NCBI GenBank assembly: GCA_963845245.1
Contig: CAWJRJ010000021.1
Coordinates: 96,001-160,000 of the forward strand
Reading direction: 5' to 3'
Length of the DNA stretch: 64,000 nucleotides
DNA from: Nitrospirota bacterium
GTDB lineage: Bacteria > Nitrospirota > JACRHJ01
The position numbers were made by a program, and so were the translations under genes. Position 1 is the first letter of the stretch, and each line of letters starts with the position of its first letter. Shown piece after piece: positions 20,398 to 31,883 of this stretch. The notes under the pieces are model-generated. The model ran no database searches. It was given only the letters and a program-made list of their open reading frames with translations, and was not told where the DNA came from.

Positions 20398-22549
20398 CTA
20401 TTGCATATACGGCGAAAGAGACTCCCACAGCTCCGGCGCGTACTTTACCGCGAGGGCGAAGTTCTGCTGCGCCATGGGCTTGCGGCCCATCTCTATATAT
20501 TGCTTCCCGAGGTCGGAAAGGACATAGCCGTAGATGCTGACCGCTTTTTCCTCGTCCAGGTCCAGCGCGATGGTGGGTGCCGGCAGGCCCCTTGTTACCA
20601 TGTAGGCCCAGGTCCTGAGGTTCTCCTCCACGTAGTCCTTCTCCATGGAACGGTATGTGATGCCGTACGGTTCCACGCTGTATGGCATGTTCACCGAATA
20701 CCTGGATGAATAGTCGAACGCAAAAGGCCTCTCCTTGTTGAACTGCGTTATCTCTTTTATCATCGCTTCCGGGTCTCTGAAGTCCTCCGGCATGGCAAGA
20801 AGCTGTTCTATGCCTTTTATGCCGTTATAGTTTTTCAAATACTTGTAGTCCTTTATCTCGCCGACGTCGCCAAGTTCGCCGGGCTCCCTCCTGATGCTCT
20901 GGAGGAACCACTCCAGAGGCAGATGCGGGGTGTGGATAAGCAGGACGTCAGGCCTTTTCCTTTCGACATCCTGGAGGTACCACATCGGGAAGGCGCCGGA
21001 GTCGCCCCAGGTGAAAAGGACTGTGAACTGGGGCGCAAATGTGAGTTCGGCGTTGCCCATGTCATATGCAATGAAGTTGCGGCTTCTGTCGTTCTTCCAG
21101 TAGTGGGCCTTCAGTTCGGATACCGGATAAAAGACGAAAAGCAGGAAAAAGACCCCGACATAGGCAACCTTGTTGTACCGTTTTCCGTCCATAGGGAGCA
21201 TGGAGAGGACTATAATGATTATGGCCGCTACCATTGCGTAGAACACGAAAAACATCCACGGGTCATAGGTCATGCCCATAAGGTGGAACGTCTCCTGCCC
21301 ACCGGTTGTACCCAGAACCTTGTTGACGTAACCTGCCGGGATGTTGCCCAGGAAGATGAACGGCATCGTAAGCCCCAGCACCCAGGGACCGAGTTTCCTG
21401 TTTTCAAGGACCATGTAGGCCGCGCCACCCATCAGGACGCATAGGAAGATGTAAACGGGGATGTAGAACTGCTCCAGAAGGAAGATGTTCTCCTCGATGG
21501 GGTTACCACCGATGACTATTGCGGATATCAACAGTACGGAGCCGGAGAGCAGGATGAGGAAGTGCCGCCAGTCCTTGCGGAAATGGCTGTACAGGCCGAG
21601 CAATACGAGCGGTATACCCGCCCAGGTGAACTCCCTGACCATATTGAAGCTCTGGAGCTGTTTCCAGAAAAGACCCAACGACCTCTCGCCGCCTACCGAC
21701 GGATATCCTTCGCGGTTGTATACCCACTTGAAACCTGCCCAGTCGGTGGCGCCGCCCCAGTTGATGAGCGGCTCCTGCGCGGCACGGATGGGGAGGTGCA
21801 GGTAGATGGAATGGCCCAAAGCAAAGAAGAAGGCCATTATAATGAGGGTCTTGAAATTCACCCTCTTTATCAGGCTTACGGGGTTCCACCTGTCGCTGCC
21901 GGTATACCCCTTCATTTCGACAAAAACGCTTCCATCGACTATCAGTATGTAGAGAAGATACACCGGTATCAGTACGAACTGCGATATGTGCACGACTCCA
22001 GCGATGCCCCATATGAAGGCCATGACGTAGAGGTAGGAAAGTGAATGCCCCCCGCCCGTGTCGCCCTCCTCTTTCCTTGCCCTCCTCCACCTTATAAGGA
22101 GCATGAGTATGCATGCGACCACGAATGCGTTCAGGGTATAGAACTTCGAGACGACCGCCCATGCCCAGAGGTTGTACGAGAAGGAGAAGGCGAATGCGGC
22201 AAACATCCCGGCGGCGCCGGCTGGCGTGGCCTTCATCCAGGGCAGGCCGGGTATGATAGGTTTATCGTCCCCGGTTTCAAGCATGGACTTGGTGATGTAG
22301 TAGATCAGCACAGAGGTCATCGATGCGAAGAACGACGACATCAGGTTCACCCTGAAGGCTACGTTACCCAGCGGCAGGAAGCTGAACAGCTTGCCCAAGC
22401 GTCACGTAGACCGGGTATCCCGGCGGGTGCGATACGCCCAGTGTATATGCCCCGGCTATCATCTCGCCGCTGTCAAAAAATGAAAGCGTAGGCGCTATGG
22501 TGGACAGGTAAACGGTCATAGTTGCGGCAAATATGAAAAGAGCGGTCAT
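20398..22549 (-). CDS. DUF2723-domain membrane glycosyltransferase-like protein (frameshift ~22400)
   Basis: N-terminal YLSTIAPTLSFFDSGEMIAGAYTLGVSHPPGYP, then FRVNLMS, LPIRAAQEPLINWG and WGDSGAFPMWYLQDVE..RPDV. Confidence 0.85.
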
Positions 22550-22550
22550 C

Positions 22551-23552
22551 TTATGCTTCGGCCTCCACCTCCCTGATGCCGGAAAGGCTCAGGTTCTCTC
22601 TGTAAAGGAATACAAATCCGATCAGCGTCACTGGTATGAAATTCGCCGCATGAGCGAGGATTGCAAAACCGAGAGCGGTCTCCTTGTCCAGGCCGAGTAG
22701 CATCATCGCGCCAGCCCCTGCTGCCTCGAATGTCCCGACGAAGCCCGGGGTGGAAGGTACGGCCACGCTGAACGCGGTAACTACCAAAAAGAATACGGCG
22801 GCATATGTCCCGAGACCAAGCCCGAAGGACTTGAACAACAGCCAGATGGGCAGGTACAGCGGGGCCCAGTGCAGTGCCGAATAAAATAGTATCAGCGCGA
22901 GCAGTTTTGGGTCTCGGACCACGCCAAGCCCGGTCGCGAACATTCCCGCAAGCTCCGCCGCTTTATCGGCAAGTTTGACAGAAATCGGTGACAATATTGT
23001 AAATATCCATTTTGTAACCGTCTGCGGTTTGTATACGAAAAAGGCCAGTACCACAATTGCGATGGCGTACAACCCAAGTGCGACCATCCCGGTGTGTCTG
23101 AACGTGCCGGCGAGGCTTCCGCCCGCAATATCCTTAGGCATATATGCGAGGACGACCACCAGCAGGAGCAGTACCGACATGGAGTCGAACAGCCGCTCCA
23201 CGACGATCGTGGCGAATACGGAGCTTTTGGGGATGTCCTCCCTGCGGGCCAGCGCATACGCCCGCACGAACTCGCCAAGCCTGGCCGGGAGGACGTTATT
23301 TGCCATGAACCCGATCATCGTAGCCGAGAGAAGGTTCAGCAGGGAGACATCCTTTTTGACCGGTTCCATGAGGTAACGCCACCTGACGGTCCTGACGAGG
23401 AAGAACGCGAGGTTTACGACAGCCGCCGCCGCAACGAGCCATGGGTTGGCGGACTTTATCACCGTCCAGAGACGGTTGAAATCTATTTTTGAGAAGAGGA
23501 ACACCAGGAGGCCTGCGCTTACAGCCATGCCGATCCAGAATTTAAGCTTCAA
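22551..23552 (-). CDS. Lysylphosphatidylglycerol-synthase TM domain / UPF0104 flippase-like protein
   Basis: RTVRWRYLM, IGFMANNVLPARLGEFVRA, ATIVVERLFD and PSTPGFVGTFE motifs. Confidence 0.88.
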   Translation of the reverse strand: MKLKFWIGMAVSAGLLVFLFSKIDFNRLWTVIKSANPWLVAAAAVVNLAFFLVRTVRWRYLMEPVKKDVSLLNLLSATMIGFMANNVLPARLGEFVRAYALARREDIPKSSVFATIVVERLFDSMSVLLLLVVVLAYMPKDIAGGSLAGTFRHTGMVALGLYAIAIVVLAFFVYKPQTVTKWIFTILSPISVKLADKAAELAGMFATGLGVVRDPKLLALILFYSALHWAPLYLPIWLLFKSFGLGLGTYAAVFFLVVTAFSVAVPSTPGFVGTFEAAGAGAMMLLGLDKETALGFAILAHAANFIPVTLIGFVFLYRENLSLSGIREVEAEA

Positions 23553-23564
23553 TTTTTCTCCGCA

Positions 23565-24488
23565 TCAGTACAGGATCGCCTTTACCCGCTCAACGTCCTT
23601 CTTTATCTGCTCCGCGAGCTCGGCCGCGTCCTTGAACCTCACTTCGTCGCGTACCCTCTTTATGAACTTCATCTTCAGGAATTTGCCATAAAGGTCGCCT
23701 TCAAAATCAAAAAGGTGTACCTCATAAGATGACGTCGCGTCGGAGAACGTCGGGTTTTTGCCGATGTTTGCAGCCCCCTTGTAGTCCTTGCCTTCAATGA
23801 GTACCGAGACTGCATAGACGCCTTCCTTGGGGGGAAGCTCATTGGGAGTCGTGATGTTTGCTGTGGGGAAGCCCAGCGTGCGCCCCCGGGAGTGGCCGGC
23901 TATTACCGTGCCCTCGATGGAATATGGCCGACCGAGGAGCTTGGAGGCCAGGCAGACCTCTCCGTCCACGATAAGCTGGCGTATCTTTGTGGAAGATACG
24001 ACTATCCCTTCTACCTTGACCGGCCCTATGACATGCAGCTCGAAGCCTAACCGCGCGCCAGCATCCCGCAGGAACGGTATGTCGCCCTTGCGGTTTTTGC
24101 CGAATGCGTAGTCGTGCCCGACGAAAAGGGCCTTGACCCCGAGCGTGTCCACCAGCACTTCTTTAACAAAGTCTTCCGGGTTCTGGGATGCGAACTCGGG
24201 TGTGAAGTTTGCGCAGATGACCGCGTCCATGCCGGAGGCCTCTATCTGCTCCATCTTCTCCCTGAATGTGGAGAGGAGCTTGGGCGAGCGCTGGGGCGCA
24301 AGGACCTTGAGCGGGTGAGGCTCGAAGGTGAAGACGGCTGACGTGCCGCCGGTGGAGAGCGCCCAGGCCACAACCTGTTTGAAAATCGCCTGATGTCCCA
24401 GGTGAACCCCGTCGAAGTTGCCCAGAGTGACCACCGGGTCTTTCATGGGGGTCTTCTTGATATCCTTTAGCCCCCGGATAATCTTCAT
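23565..24488 (-). CDS. ribF: Bifunctional riboflavin kinase / FAD synthetase
   Basis: GNFDGVHLGHQ, TFEPHP, SSTKIR, GRTLGFPTAN and EVHLFDF motifs. Confidence 0.97.
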   Translation of the reverse strand: MKIIRGLKDIKKTPMKDPVVTLGNFDGVHLGHQAIFKQVVAWALSTGGTSAVFTFEPHPLKVLAPQRSPKLLSTFREKMEQIEASGMDAVICANFTPEFASQNPEDFVKEVLVDTLGVKALFVGHDYAFGKNRKGDIPFLRDAGARLGFELHVIGPVKVEGIVVSSTKIRQLIVDGEVCLASKLLGRPYSIEGTVIAGHSRGRTLGFPTANITTPNELPPKEGVYAVSVLIEGKDYKGAANIGKNPTFSDATSSYEVHLFDFEGDLYGKFLKMKFIKRVRDEVRFKDAAELAEQIKKDVERVKAILY

Positions 24489-24589
24489 GAAATGCCTTTC
24501 TCCCAGGATATAAAAAGCCCCTACAAATGCAAAATTTTGTCACAACGGCCCATTGCTTGTCAACAGAATAAGGCTCGCCCGGTTTTTTC

Positions 24590-24618
24590 TTGACAGCCAA
24601 AGAGCATGAAGCTAATAT
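24590..24618 (+). promoter_or_regulatory. sigma70-type promoter of the rpiB-glyA operon
   Basis: TTGACA-17 nt-TAATAT upstream of rpiB. Confidence 0.55.
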
Positions 24619-24671
24619 ATCTACTCTGCTTTTCCTGTTTAATACACTACTATATATGGAAGGTTCTGGCG

Positions 24672-25118
24672 ATGAAAATAGCATTGGGCTGCGACCACGG
24701 CGGGCTTGAACTCAAAAACGCGATAGAAGCCGTCCTCAAGTCTCTGGATATCGAGGTGGTGGACATGGGGACGATGAGTGAGGAGTCGGTGGACTACCCC
24801 GACTTCGCGTCCAAGGTGGCCGAGTCCGTCTCGGAGGGCAAAACCGACAGGGGTATCGCGATATGCGGGACCGGTATAGGGATGTCCATCGTCGCCAACA
24901 AATACCACGGCGTCAGGGCGGCGCTGTGCCATGACAGCTATACAGCCAGGATGTCCAGGCTCCATAACGACGCCAACATCCTAGTGCTGGGAGGACGGGT
25001 CATCGGCACGGAAGTGGCCATAGAGCTTCTTAAACAGTGGCTCGCCACCCAGTTCGAGGGCGGAAGGCACCAGAAGAGGCTTGAGAAGATAAGCGAGATA
25101 GAAAAGAAGGTCTGCTGA
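24672..25118 (+). CDS. rpiB: Ribose-5-phosphate isomerase B
   Basis: [32 protein letters not shown] and FEGGRH motifs. Confidence 0.96.
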   Translation: MKIALGCDHGGLELKNAIEAVLKSLDIEVVDMGTMSEESVDYPDFASKVAESVSEGKTDRGIAICGTGIGMSIVANKYHGVRAALCHDSYTARMSRLHNDANILVLGGRVIGTEVAIELLKQWLATQFEGGRHQKRLEKISEIEKKVC

Positions 25119-25169
25119 GACCGTAATTGAAGGCCATAAATAGTAAGATCGTTGAAAGGGTAACAACAG

Positions 25170-26432
25170 ATGAGTGCACTCAGGCAGTCGGACCCGGAGG
25201 TCTGGCAGGCGATAGAAGACGAGAAGAAGCGTGAAAGCGAGAAGATAGTCCTCATAGCATCCGAGAACTATGCCTCGCAGGCCGTGCTGGAGGCCCAGGG
25301 TTCGGTACTGACCAACAAATACGCTGAAGGGTACCCCGGACATCGCTACTACGGCGGCTGCGATTTTGCGGATGCGGTGGAGGAGCTGGCCATAAACCGC
25401 GCCAAAGAGCTGTTCGGCATGGAATACGTCAACGTCCAGCCCCACTCCGGCTCCCAGGCCAACATGGCGGTATACTTTTCGGCCCTCAAGCCCGGCGACA
25501 CGATACTGGGCATGAAGCTTACGCACGGTGGGCACCTGACGCATGGCGCGACGGTGAGCTTCTCCGGCAACCTGTACAACTCCGTCTCCTACGGCGTTCG
25601 CCGCGAGGATAGCTATATAGACTACGATGAGGTGGCCTCGCTCGCAAAAGAGCACAACCCGAAGATGATAGTCGTCGGGGCTTCCGCATACCCGAGGATC
25701 ATAGACTTCAAGAAGTTCAGGGAGATAGCCGACTCGGTCGGCGCGCTCCTGATGGCCGACATGGCCCATATCGCGGGCCTGGTAGCCGGTGGCCAGCACC
25801 CGAGCCCGGCGCCCTACGCCGACTTCGTGACGTCCACCACCCACAAGACCCTCAGGGGGCCAAGGGGCGGCATGATCATGACTACGCGCCGCGAGTTGGC
25901 AAAGGCGGTCGACAAGGTCATATTCCCCGGCATCCAGGGCGGGCCGCTCATGCACGTCATTGCGGCAAAGGCAGTCGCCTTTAAAGAAGCAATGGAGCCG
26001 GAGTTTAAGGTTTATCAGGCGCAGGTCGTGAAAAACGCCTCCACGCTTGCGGGTGAGCTGGCATCAAGGGGCTTCAAACTGGTCTCGGGCGGTACAGAGA
26101 ACCACCTCATGCTGCTGGACCTTACAGGCAAGGGCGTCACCGGCCACGAGGCGGAGACCGCGCTGGACATTGCCGGTATCACAGTGAACAAGAACGGCAT
26201 ACCGTTCGACGAAAAGCCCCCAACCGTTACTTCGGGGATAAGGATCGGCACGCCCATCGTCACGACCCGCGGTATGAGGGAGCCTGAGATGGCACTAATA
26301 GCCGAGATGATCGCGGACGTGATACATGACATCAAGGACGCCGCAGTCCTCTCCCGTGTCCGTGAGAGGGCGGAAACCCTTGCGCTCAAGTTCCCGGTTT
26401 ACCAGGGCTTAGAGACTTCTGCTGGATTTTAA
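25170..26432 (+). CDS. glyA: Serine hydroxymethyltransferase
   Basis: [32 protein letters not shown] and [12 protein letters not shown] motifs. Confidence 0.98.
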   Translation: MSALRQSDPEVWQAIEDEKKRESEKIVLIASENYASQAVLEAQGSVLTNKYAEGYPGHRYYGGCDFADAVEELAINRAKELFGMEYVNVQPHSGSQANMAVYFSALKPGDTILGMKLTHGGHLTHGATVSFSGNLYNSVSYGVRREDSYIDYDEVASLAKEHNPKMIVVGASAYPRIIDFKKFREIADSVGALLMADMAHIAGLVAGGQHPSPAPYADFVTSTTHKTLRGPRGGMIMTTRRELAKAVDKVIFPGIQGGPLMHVIAAKAVAFKEAMEPEFKVYQAQVVKNASTLAGELASRGFKLVSGGTENHLMLLDLTGKGVTGHEAETALDIAGITVNKNGIPFDEKPPTVTSGIRIGTPIVTTRGMREPEMALIAEMIADVIHDIKDAAVLSRVRERAETLALKFPVYQGLETSAGF

Positions 26433-26445
26433 TGAAAGGCCTGAA

Positions 26446-26910
26446 ATGACCAGACCCAGCTGGGACGAGTACTTCATGGATATCGCCCACCTGGTCAAGA
26501 AGCGTTCCACCTGCCTGAGACGGCAGGTAGGGGCCGTCCTGGCCAAGGACAAGAATATCCTGGCCACCGGCTACAACGGCCCGCCATCCGGAACAGCCCA
26601 CTGCATAGACGCGGGGTGCCTCAGGGAGAAGCTGGGTATACCGTCTGGCGAGCGGCATGAGATATGCCGTGGGCTTCACGCCGAACAAAACGCCATAATA
26701 CAGGCCGCCAAACATGGTACGGGCATAAAGGACTCCGTCCTGTACTGCACCAACCTGCCATGCGTGATCTGCTCAAAGATGATCATCAACGCCGGTATAA
26801 AAAAGATTATCTATGACGACGGTTACCCTGACAAGCTGGGCGAGGAGATGCTTGCCGAGGCGGGCGTGTTGCTCTTAAAGTTCGAACGGGATTCGAGGGG
26901 TTCAACATGA
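26446..26910 (+). CDS. dCMP deaminase family protein
   Basis: [26 protein letters not shown] and PCVIC zinc motifs. Confidence 0.92.
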   Translation: MTRPSWDEYFMDIAHLVKKRSTCLRRQVGAVLAKDKNILATGYNGPPSGTAHCIDAGCLREKLGIPSGERHEICRGLHAEQNAIIQAAKHGTGIKDSVLYCTNLPCVICSKMIINAGIKKIIYDDGYPDKLGEEMLAEAGVLLLKFERDSRGST

Positions 26911-27374
26911 AATGTCCGTTTTGCGGGCATATAGAAGACAAGGTAGTGGATTCAAGGCTCTCCACCGACGCAGAGACGATCAGGAGGCGCCGGGAGTGCG
27001 AGAAATGCGGCAGGCGCTTCACCAGCTACGAGCGGGTGGAGGAGATCATGCCTATGGTGGTAAAGAAGGACGGGCGCAGGGAGCCTTTCGACCGTCTGAA
27101 GGTGCTATCCGGCCTGAAGAAGGCCTGCGAAAAACGCGCCGTCTCGATGGACACCCTGGCAAATGTCGTGGATGAGATAGAAAAGAAGCTCCTTGAAGGG
27201 GCTCAGAAAGAGATATCGTCAAGCGCGGTGGGCGAAGAGATCATGCGTAACCTTCAGGAGTTGGACAAGGTCGCGTACGTGCGTTTCGCCTCGGTCTACC
27301 GCGACTTCAAGGACATAGACGAGTTCGTAAAAGAGCTTGCAGGCCTTCTGGGCCAGGAGAAGAAAAAGCGTTGA
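26907..27374 (+). CDS. nrdR: Transcriptional repressor NrdR
   Basis: [25 protein letters not shown]-cone domain and AYVRFASVY. Confidence 0.97.
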   Translation: MKCPFCGHIEDKVVDSRLSTDAETIRRRRECEKCGRRFTSYERVEEIMPMVVKKDGRREPFDRLKVLSGLKKACEKRAVSMDTLANVVDEIEKKLLEGAQKEISSSAVGEEIMRNLQELDKVAYVRFASVYRDFKDIDEFVKELAGLLGQEKKKR

Positions 27375-28765
27375 AGGGTGCGGGTTTCAAAGGCGGAGTA
27401 CATCCGCCCGACAACAAGAAGGCGACTGCCGCATTGCAGGTGCAGGATGCGAGGCTTCCCGATAGAGTAGTCATACCCATGGCCCAGCATATAGGCGCGC
27501 CAGCCCAGCCGCTTGTCAAGGTGGGCGATGTCGTAAAGAAGGGCCAGAAGATAGGCGAGGCGCAGGGTGCGGTCTCCGTGCCGGTGCATGCCTCGTTATC
27601 GGGTAAGGTGGTGGCCGTGGGCGGCTTCCCGTCCCCGATGGGTACCGACGCCCAGGCCGTGGTGATAGAGTCGGACGGGCTGGACGAATGGGCTGACGGA
27701 CTCACGGGCCACGAAGACTACATGTCGATGAGCCCTGGCGACATAAAAGAGATAATAAAAGAGGCCGGGATAGTGGGTATGGGCGGCGCGACGTTCCCGA
27801 CCCATATAAAGCTTTCCCCGCCCAAAGAAAAGAAGATAAAGTACGCCATCTTGAACGGGGCGGAATGCGAGCCCTACCTTACCTCCGACTCCAGGCTGAT
27901 GGAGGAAAACGCGGAGGCGGTGATTGAGGGCCTCAAGATAATAATGAGCGTCCTCAGGGTTACTGAGGGTTTTGTCGGTATCGAGGCGAACAAGCCCGCC
28001 GCCATTAAGCGTATGGCTGAGGAAGCCGGCAAGGTCGCCTGTGAGCTTGTGTTGGAGACCTACTACGACCGCTCAGGGTTGGAGCTTGACGTACCCAAGG
28101 GCTGCCGCATGGGCGTGAAGGTGGTGCCGCTCGAGGTGAAGTATCCCCAAGGCTCCGAGAAGCAGCTGATAAAGGCCGTAACCGGCCTTGAGGTGCCGCC
28201 GGGGTTCCTTCCCATGGACGTGGGCGCGGTCGTGCAGAACGTTGCGACAGCGGCCGCCATATACGAGGCGGTACGCTTTGGCAGGCCGCTTATAGAGCGC
28301 ATCGTCACCGTGACAGGCCCCGGCGTGAAAGAGCCTAAAAACCTCAGGGTGAGGGTAGGGACCCTTTTCGCCGACCTTATAGAGCAGTGCGGCGGAATGA
28401 GCGAAGACGCCTCTAAGGTAATAATGGGCGGCCCCATGATGGGTGTCGCGCAGACGGACCTGATGGTGCCGGTAATAAAGGGCACGTCGGGTGTTGTTGT
28501 GATGACCGGCAAGGATGCGCGAGTCGTTGATTTCGGGCCGTGTATCCGCTGCGGCAGGTGCCTGGATGTCTGCCCGATGGGGCTTAACCCGTCGGTTATC
28601 GGCCAGCTTATAGAGAAGGGCAAGTTCGAGGAGGCCAAAGACTACGGCGTCATGGACTGTTTCGAGTGCGGTTCCTGTTCGTTCGTCTGCCCTTCGAACA
28701 GGCCTATGGTCCAGTTCGCAAAATGGGCCAAACGCGAGCTTGCGAAGAAAAAGGCGAAGGCCTGA
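27371..28765 (+). CDS. rnfC: Rnf electron transport complex subunit C
   Basis: [59 protein letters not shown] and CFECGSC motifs. Confidence 0.96.
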   Translation: MKGAGFKGGVHPPDNKKATAALQVQDARLPDRVVIPMAQHIGAPAQPLVKVGDVVKKGQKIGEAQGAVSVPVHASLSGKVVAVGGFPSPMGTDAQAVVIESDGLDEWADGLTGHEDYMSMSPGDIKEIIKEAGIVGMGGATFPTHIKLSPPKEKKIKYAILNGAECEPYLTSDSRLMEENAEAVIEGLKIIMSVLRVTEGFVGIEANKPAAIKRMAEEAGKVACELVLETYYDRSGLELDVPKGCRMGVKVVPLEVKYPQGSEKQLIKAVTGLEVPPGFLPMDVGAVVQNVATAAAIYEAVRFGRPLIERIVTVTGPGVKEPKNLRVRVGTLFADLIEQCGGMSEDASKVIMGGPMMGVAQTDLMVPVIKGTSGVVVMTGKDARVVDFGPCIRCGRCLDVCPMGLNPSVIGQLIEKGKFEEAKDYGVMDCFECGSCSFVCPSNRPMVQFAKWAKRELAKKKAKA

Positions 28766-28802
28766 GTTATAAGTTTTAACCAGTTCTTTTAAAAGGGGTT
28801 TC

Positions 28803-29821
28803 ATGGACACACCGGCCATTCCGCCAAAGGAAACGGCGCCGGCGAAGCCGCGGCTTGCGGCATCGATCGGCCCGCATATCCGTTCGGGCGAGACCGTTGA
28901 AAAGATAATGTGGACAGTGTCGGCGTCCCTCGTTCCGGCAGCCGCACTTTCCGTATATTATTTCGGGATACCGGCGCTTCTGGTCCTGGCCGTGTCCATC
29001 GCCTCATGCGTATTCTTCGAGGCCGCTCACCCAGAAGATCGCGGGTGGCAAGATAACCGCGGGAGACGGGAGCGCATTCCTCACCGGGCTCCTGTTCGGG
29101 ATGAACCTCCCGTCGGGCGTGCCCCTCTATATCCCCGTCGTGGGTTCTGCAGTCGCAATAATAATAACAAAACAGCTTTTCGGCGGTCTCGGGTACAACA
29201 TATTCAACCCGGCCCTCATTGCCCGCGCGTTCGTCGTCGCCGCTTTCCCCAGGCTGATGACCACATGGCCGCTGCCTTCTTCATCCCTGAGTTTCGCTAC
29301 CCTGGATGCAAAAACCGGCGCAACACCCCTTGCAATCCTCAAGGAAGAGGGCTACCAGAAGCTTCTTGAGCATTTCGGGAGCAGCCACAGCATGTATGCA
29401 GCAGATGTTCGTAGGGCACAGGGGAGGCGCGCTCGGGGAGGTCTCTATCGTAGCCCTGCTTCTCGGTGCGGCATACCTCCTTATCAAAAGATATATATCA
29501 TGGCATATACCTGTGAGCTTCATAGCGACTGTGGCCGTCCTGACGTGGGTATTTGGCGGGGACCCGGTCCTTTCCATGTTGTCGGGCGGGCTGGTGCTAG
29601 GCGCGTTCTTCATGGCCACCGATTACGTCACTGTGCCGCAGATCAAGAAGGCGCAGATACTCTTTGGGGTCGGGTGCGGCGCCATAACCGTGCTGATAAG
29701 GCTTAAGGGCGGGTACCCCGAGGGCGTCTGCTATGCGATACTCCTCATGAACTGCTTTACACCGCTTCTGGACCGTGCGCTAAAGACAAGGAAGTTCGGC
29801 GAGGTAAAGGTAAAGGCATGA
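28803..29821 (+). CDS. rnfD: Rnf subunit D (two frameshifts)
   Basis: GPHIRSG, KQLFGGLGYNIFNPAL, FMN-site DAKTGATPL, GAFFMATDYVT and GGYPEGVCYAILLMN, spread over three ORF pieces. Confidence 0.92.
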
Positions 29822-30378
29822 ACGATATCATCAAGGTGACAATAAACCTCGTCCTGATATGCGCAGCCGCAGGGGTAATACTCTCGGCCACCTGGGCCCT
29901 CACAGACCCAGTAAAGATTGCACGTGAGAACGAGGAAAGGGAGCAGGCGCTTAAAGGCCTGATCCCCACCGCCACAAGCATAAAGCCAGTAAAGGATGTG
30001 ACGATTGCCGGCAAGGAAGGCATCATCTACAAGGCCCTGAACGGCGAGAAGACCGAAGGCTACATCGTGTTGAGCTACGGGAAGGGCTATTCCAGCTTCA
30101 TAAAACTCTTGGTAGCTGTGGACGCAAACATGAAGGTCACCGGCATAGACGTCCTCGACCATAAAGAGACACCGGGCCTTGGAGACCAGATAACGAATGA
30201 CTGGTTCAAGGACCGGTTCAAGGGCAAGGGCATTGATAACCTGGTAGTGGTAAAAGGTGAGACGCAGACGGACATACAGGCCATCTCCGGCGCGACTATA
30301 TCTTCAAGGGGCGTGACGAGAGGCGTGAAGGAAGCCGTGGAGATATTACAGAAAGAATTGGAAACAGAGAAGAAATAA
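29818..30378 (+). CDS. rnfG: Rnf subunit G
   Basis: KGYSS.I, HKETPGLG and flavinylation motif AISGATISS. Confidence 0.94.
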   Translation: MNDIIKVTINLVLICAAAGVILSATWALTDPVKIARENEEREQALKGLIPTATSIKPVKDVTIAGKEGIIYKALNGEKTEGYIVLSYGKGYSSFIKLLVAVDANMKVTGIDVLDHKETPGLGDQITNDWFKDRFKGKGIDNLVVVKGETQTDIQAISGATISSRGVTRGVKEAVEILQKELETEKK

Positions 30379-30383
30379 AACCA

Positions 30384-30470
30384 TACTTTTCTTTCAGGTA
30401 AAAGAAAAGTAATCAAAAGAAAGCCATTATTAAAATTCTTTGGGCCGCATTTCTTTTAAGAAAGGCGGGA
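30384..30470. repeat. AT-rich composite palindromic element (left of rnfE)
   Basis: TACTTTTCTTT-CAGGT-AAAAGAAAAGTAATCAAAAGAAA plus a second hairpin; an inverted relative lies at 31126-31213. Confidence 0.6.
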
Positions 30471-30481
30471 CTTGGGGCTTC

Positions 30482-31119
30482 ATGACCACGAAAATAAGCT
30501 ATAAAAAACTTATAACAAACGGTATCTTCTCCGAGAACCCGGTGTTCAAGCTTGCGCTCTCGCTCTGCCCGGCGGTGGCCGTCACTACGTCGGTTAAGAA
30601 CGGGTTCCTTATGGGCGTCGCTGTCCTGTTCGTCATGACCATGGTGAACATCACCGTGTCCATCCTCAGGAAGTTCATAAACCCGAAGGTGAGGATACCG
30701 GCCTACATACTCATAATCGCGACATACGTCAGCATGACGGACATGGTCATGGCGGCTTACTCGCGCACGGCATACAAGGAGATGGGCCTGTACATCCAGC
30801 TCATCGTCGTCTTCGCGATCATCATCTCCCGCGCGGAGCTTTTTGCAAGCAAGAACAAGGTCGTCCCGTCCGCGGTGGACGGCATAGGTATGGGGCTTGG
30901 GTTCCTTGGCGCGCTCGTGCTTGTCGGTGCGGTCCGTGAGCTGTTCGGCAAGGGGAGCCTTCTGGGTTTCAACCTGCTCGGCTCAAACCCGCTCCTTATC
31001 ATGGTGCTCCCGACAGGCGGCTTCTTTGTCATCGGGCTTCTGATGGGCCTTTTCAACTGGGTTGAAGGAAGTACTTCGGCGGGACGGGCATGGGTTCCAG
31101 CGGGGGCGGGCACCACTAA
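30482..31119 (+). CDS. rnfE: Rnf subunit E (frameshift at extreme C-terminus)
   Basis: ENPVFKLALSLCPAVAVT, VRIPAYI, RAELFASKN, GAVRELFG and LPTGGF motifs. Confidence 0.92.
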
Positions 31120-31125
31120 GAGCAA

Positions 31126-31213
31126 CACCGCCACCTTTTTGGAAAAAGGTGAGCGCCAAAAACTTTTAAAATTATAGTTTCTTTGGGTTACTTTCTTTAC
31201 TAAAGAAAGTAAC
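31126..31213. repeat. AT-rich composite palindromic element (right of rnfE), inverted relative to the 30384 copy
   Basis: CACCTTTTT-GG-AAAAAGGTG and TTTCTTTGGGTTACTTTCTTT-ACT-AAAGAAAGTAAC. Confidence 0.6.
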
Positions 31214-31224
31214 GGAGGGTTTGG

Positions 31225-31810
31225 ATGTTTAAAGACCTGGGCACGATATTTATAGCTTCAGCTATCATAAATAACTTCGTATTCTCCCGCTACCTGGGGT
31301 TATGCATCTTCTTCGGGGTAACCAAGAAGATGGAGACCGCGCTTGGCATGAGCATGACATTCACGGCCGTCATGGTCATTTCCTCCGCGCTCTCCTGGAT
31401 AGTCTATAACCTCGTGATGCTGCCGCTAAACCTTGGGTTCCTCAAAATAGTCCTGTTCATCGGCATCGTCGCGGGCTTCGTGCAGGGGGCGGATACCGTC
31501 CTAAAAAAGCTCAACCCGGCGCTGTACTACAAGCTGGGCATCTACCTCGTGCTCATCACCACCAACTGCATCATACTGGCCGTGCCGGTGATAAGCTCCG
31601 ACGAGAAGTATAACTTCATGCAGGCCCTGACTCTGGGCCTTGGGCTCGGGCGCCGGTTTCTCGCTTGCGCTTATAATCATGGCGAGCATCAGGGAGAGGC
31701 TTGAGCTGGCGAACGTGCCGAAGCCCTTCCAGGGGATGCCGATCGCGTTCATAGTTACAGGCCTTATCGCGCTTGCATTCCTCGGGTTTTCCGGGCTTAT
31801 TGCAGTATAG
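31225..31810 (+). CDS. rnfA: Rnf subunit A (frameshift ~31650)
   Basis: INNFVFSRYLGLC and LGIYLVLITTNCIIL; alternate frame gives ASIRERLE..NVPKPFQGMPIAFI..GL.ALAF.GFSG. Confidence 0.93.
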
Positions 31811-31883
31811 TAATTGTCCAGTGTTTTTGTTATAATAGACCATGCTCCCCCGATACGGGGAATTTGATAATTCAGGAGATTTT

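Noticed and set aside
20931..20939. DnaA box TGTGGATAA suggesting oriC
   Set aside because: Single match inside a coding sequence; no box cluster or dnaA nearby.
22551..23552. UPF0104 gene as hpnL of the hopanoid cluster
   Set aside because: About 20 kb from the hpn genes and coupled to ribF and DUF2723; the family is broad.
24641..24660. Possible NrdR box upstream of rpiB
   Set aside because: Poor palindromic match and no tandem second box.
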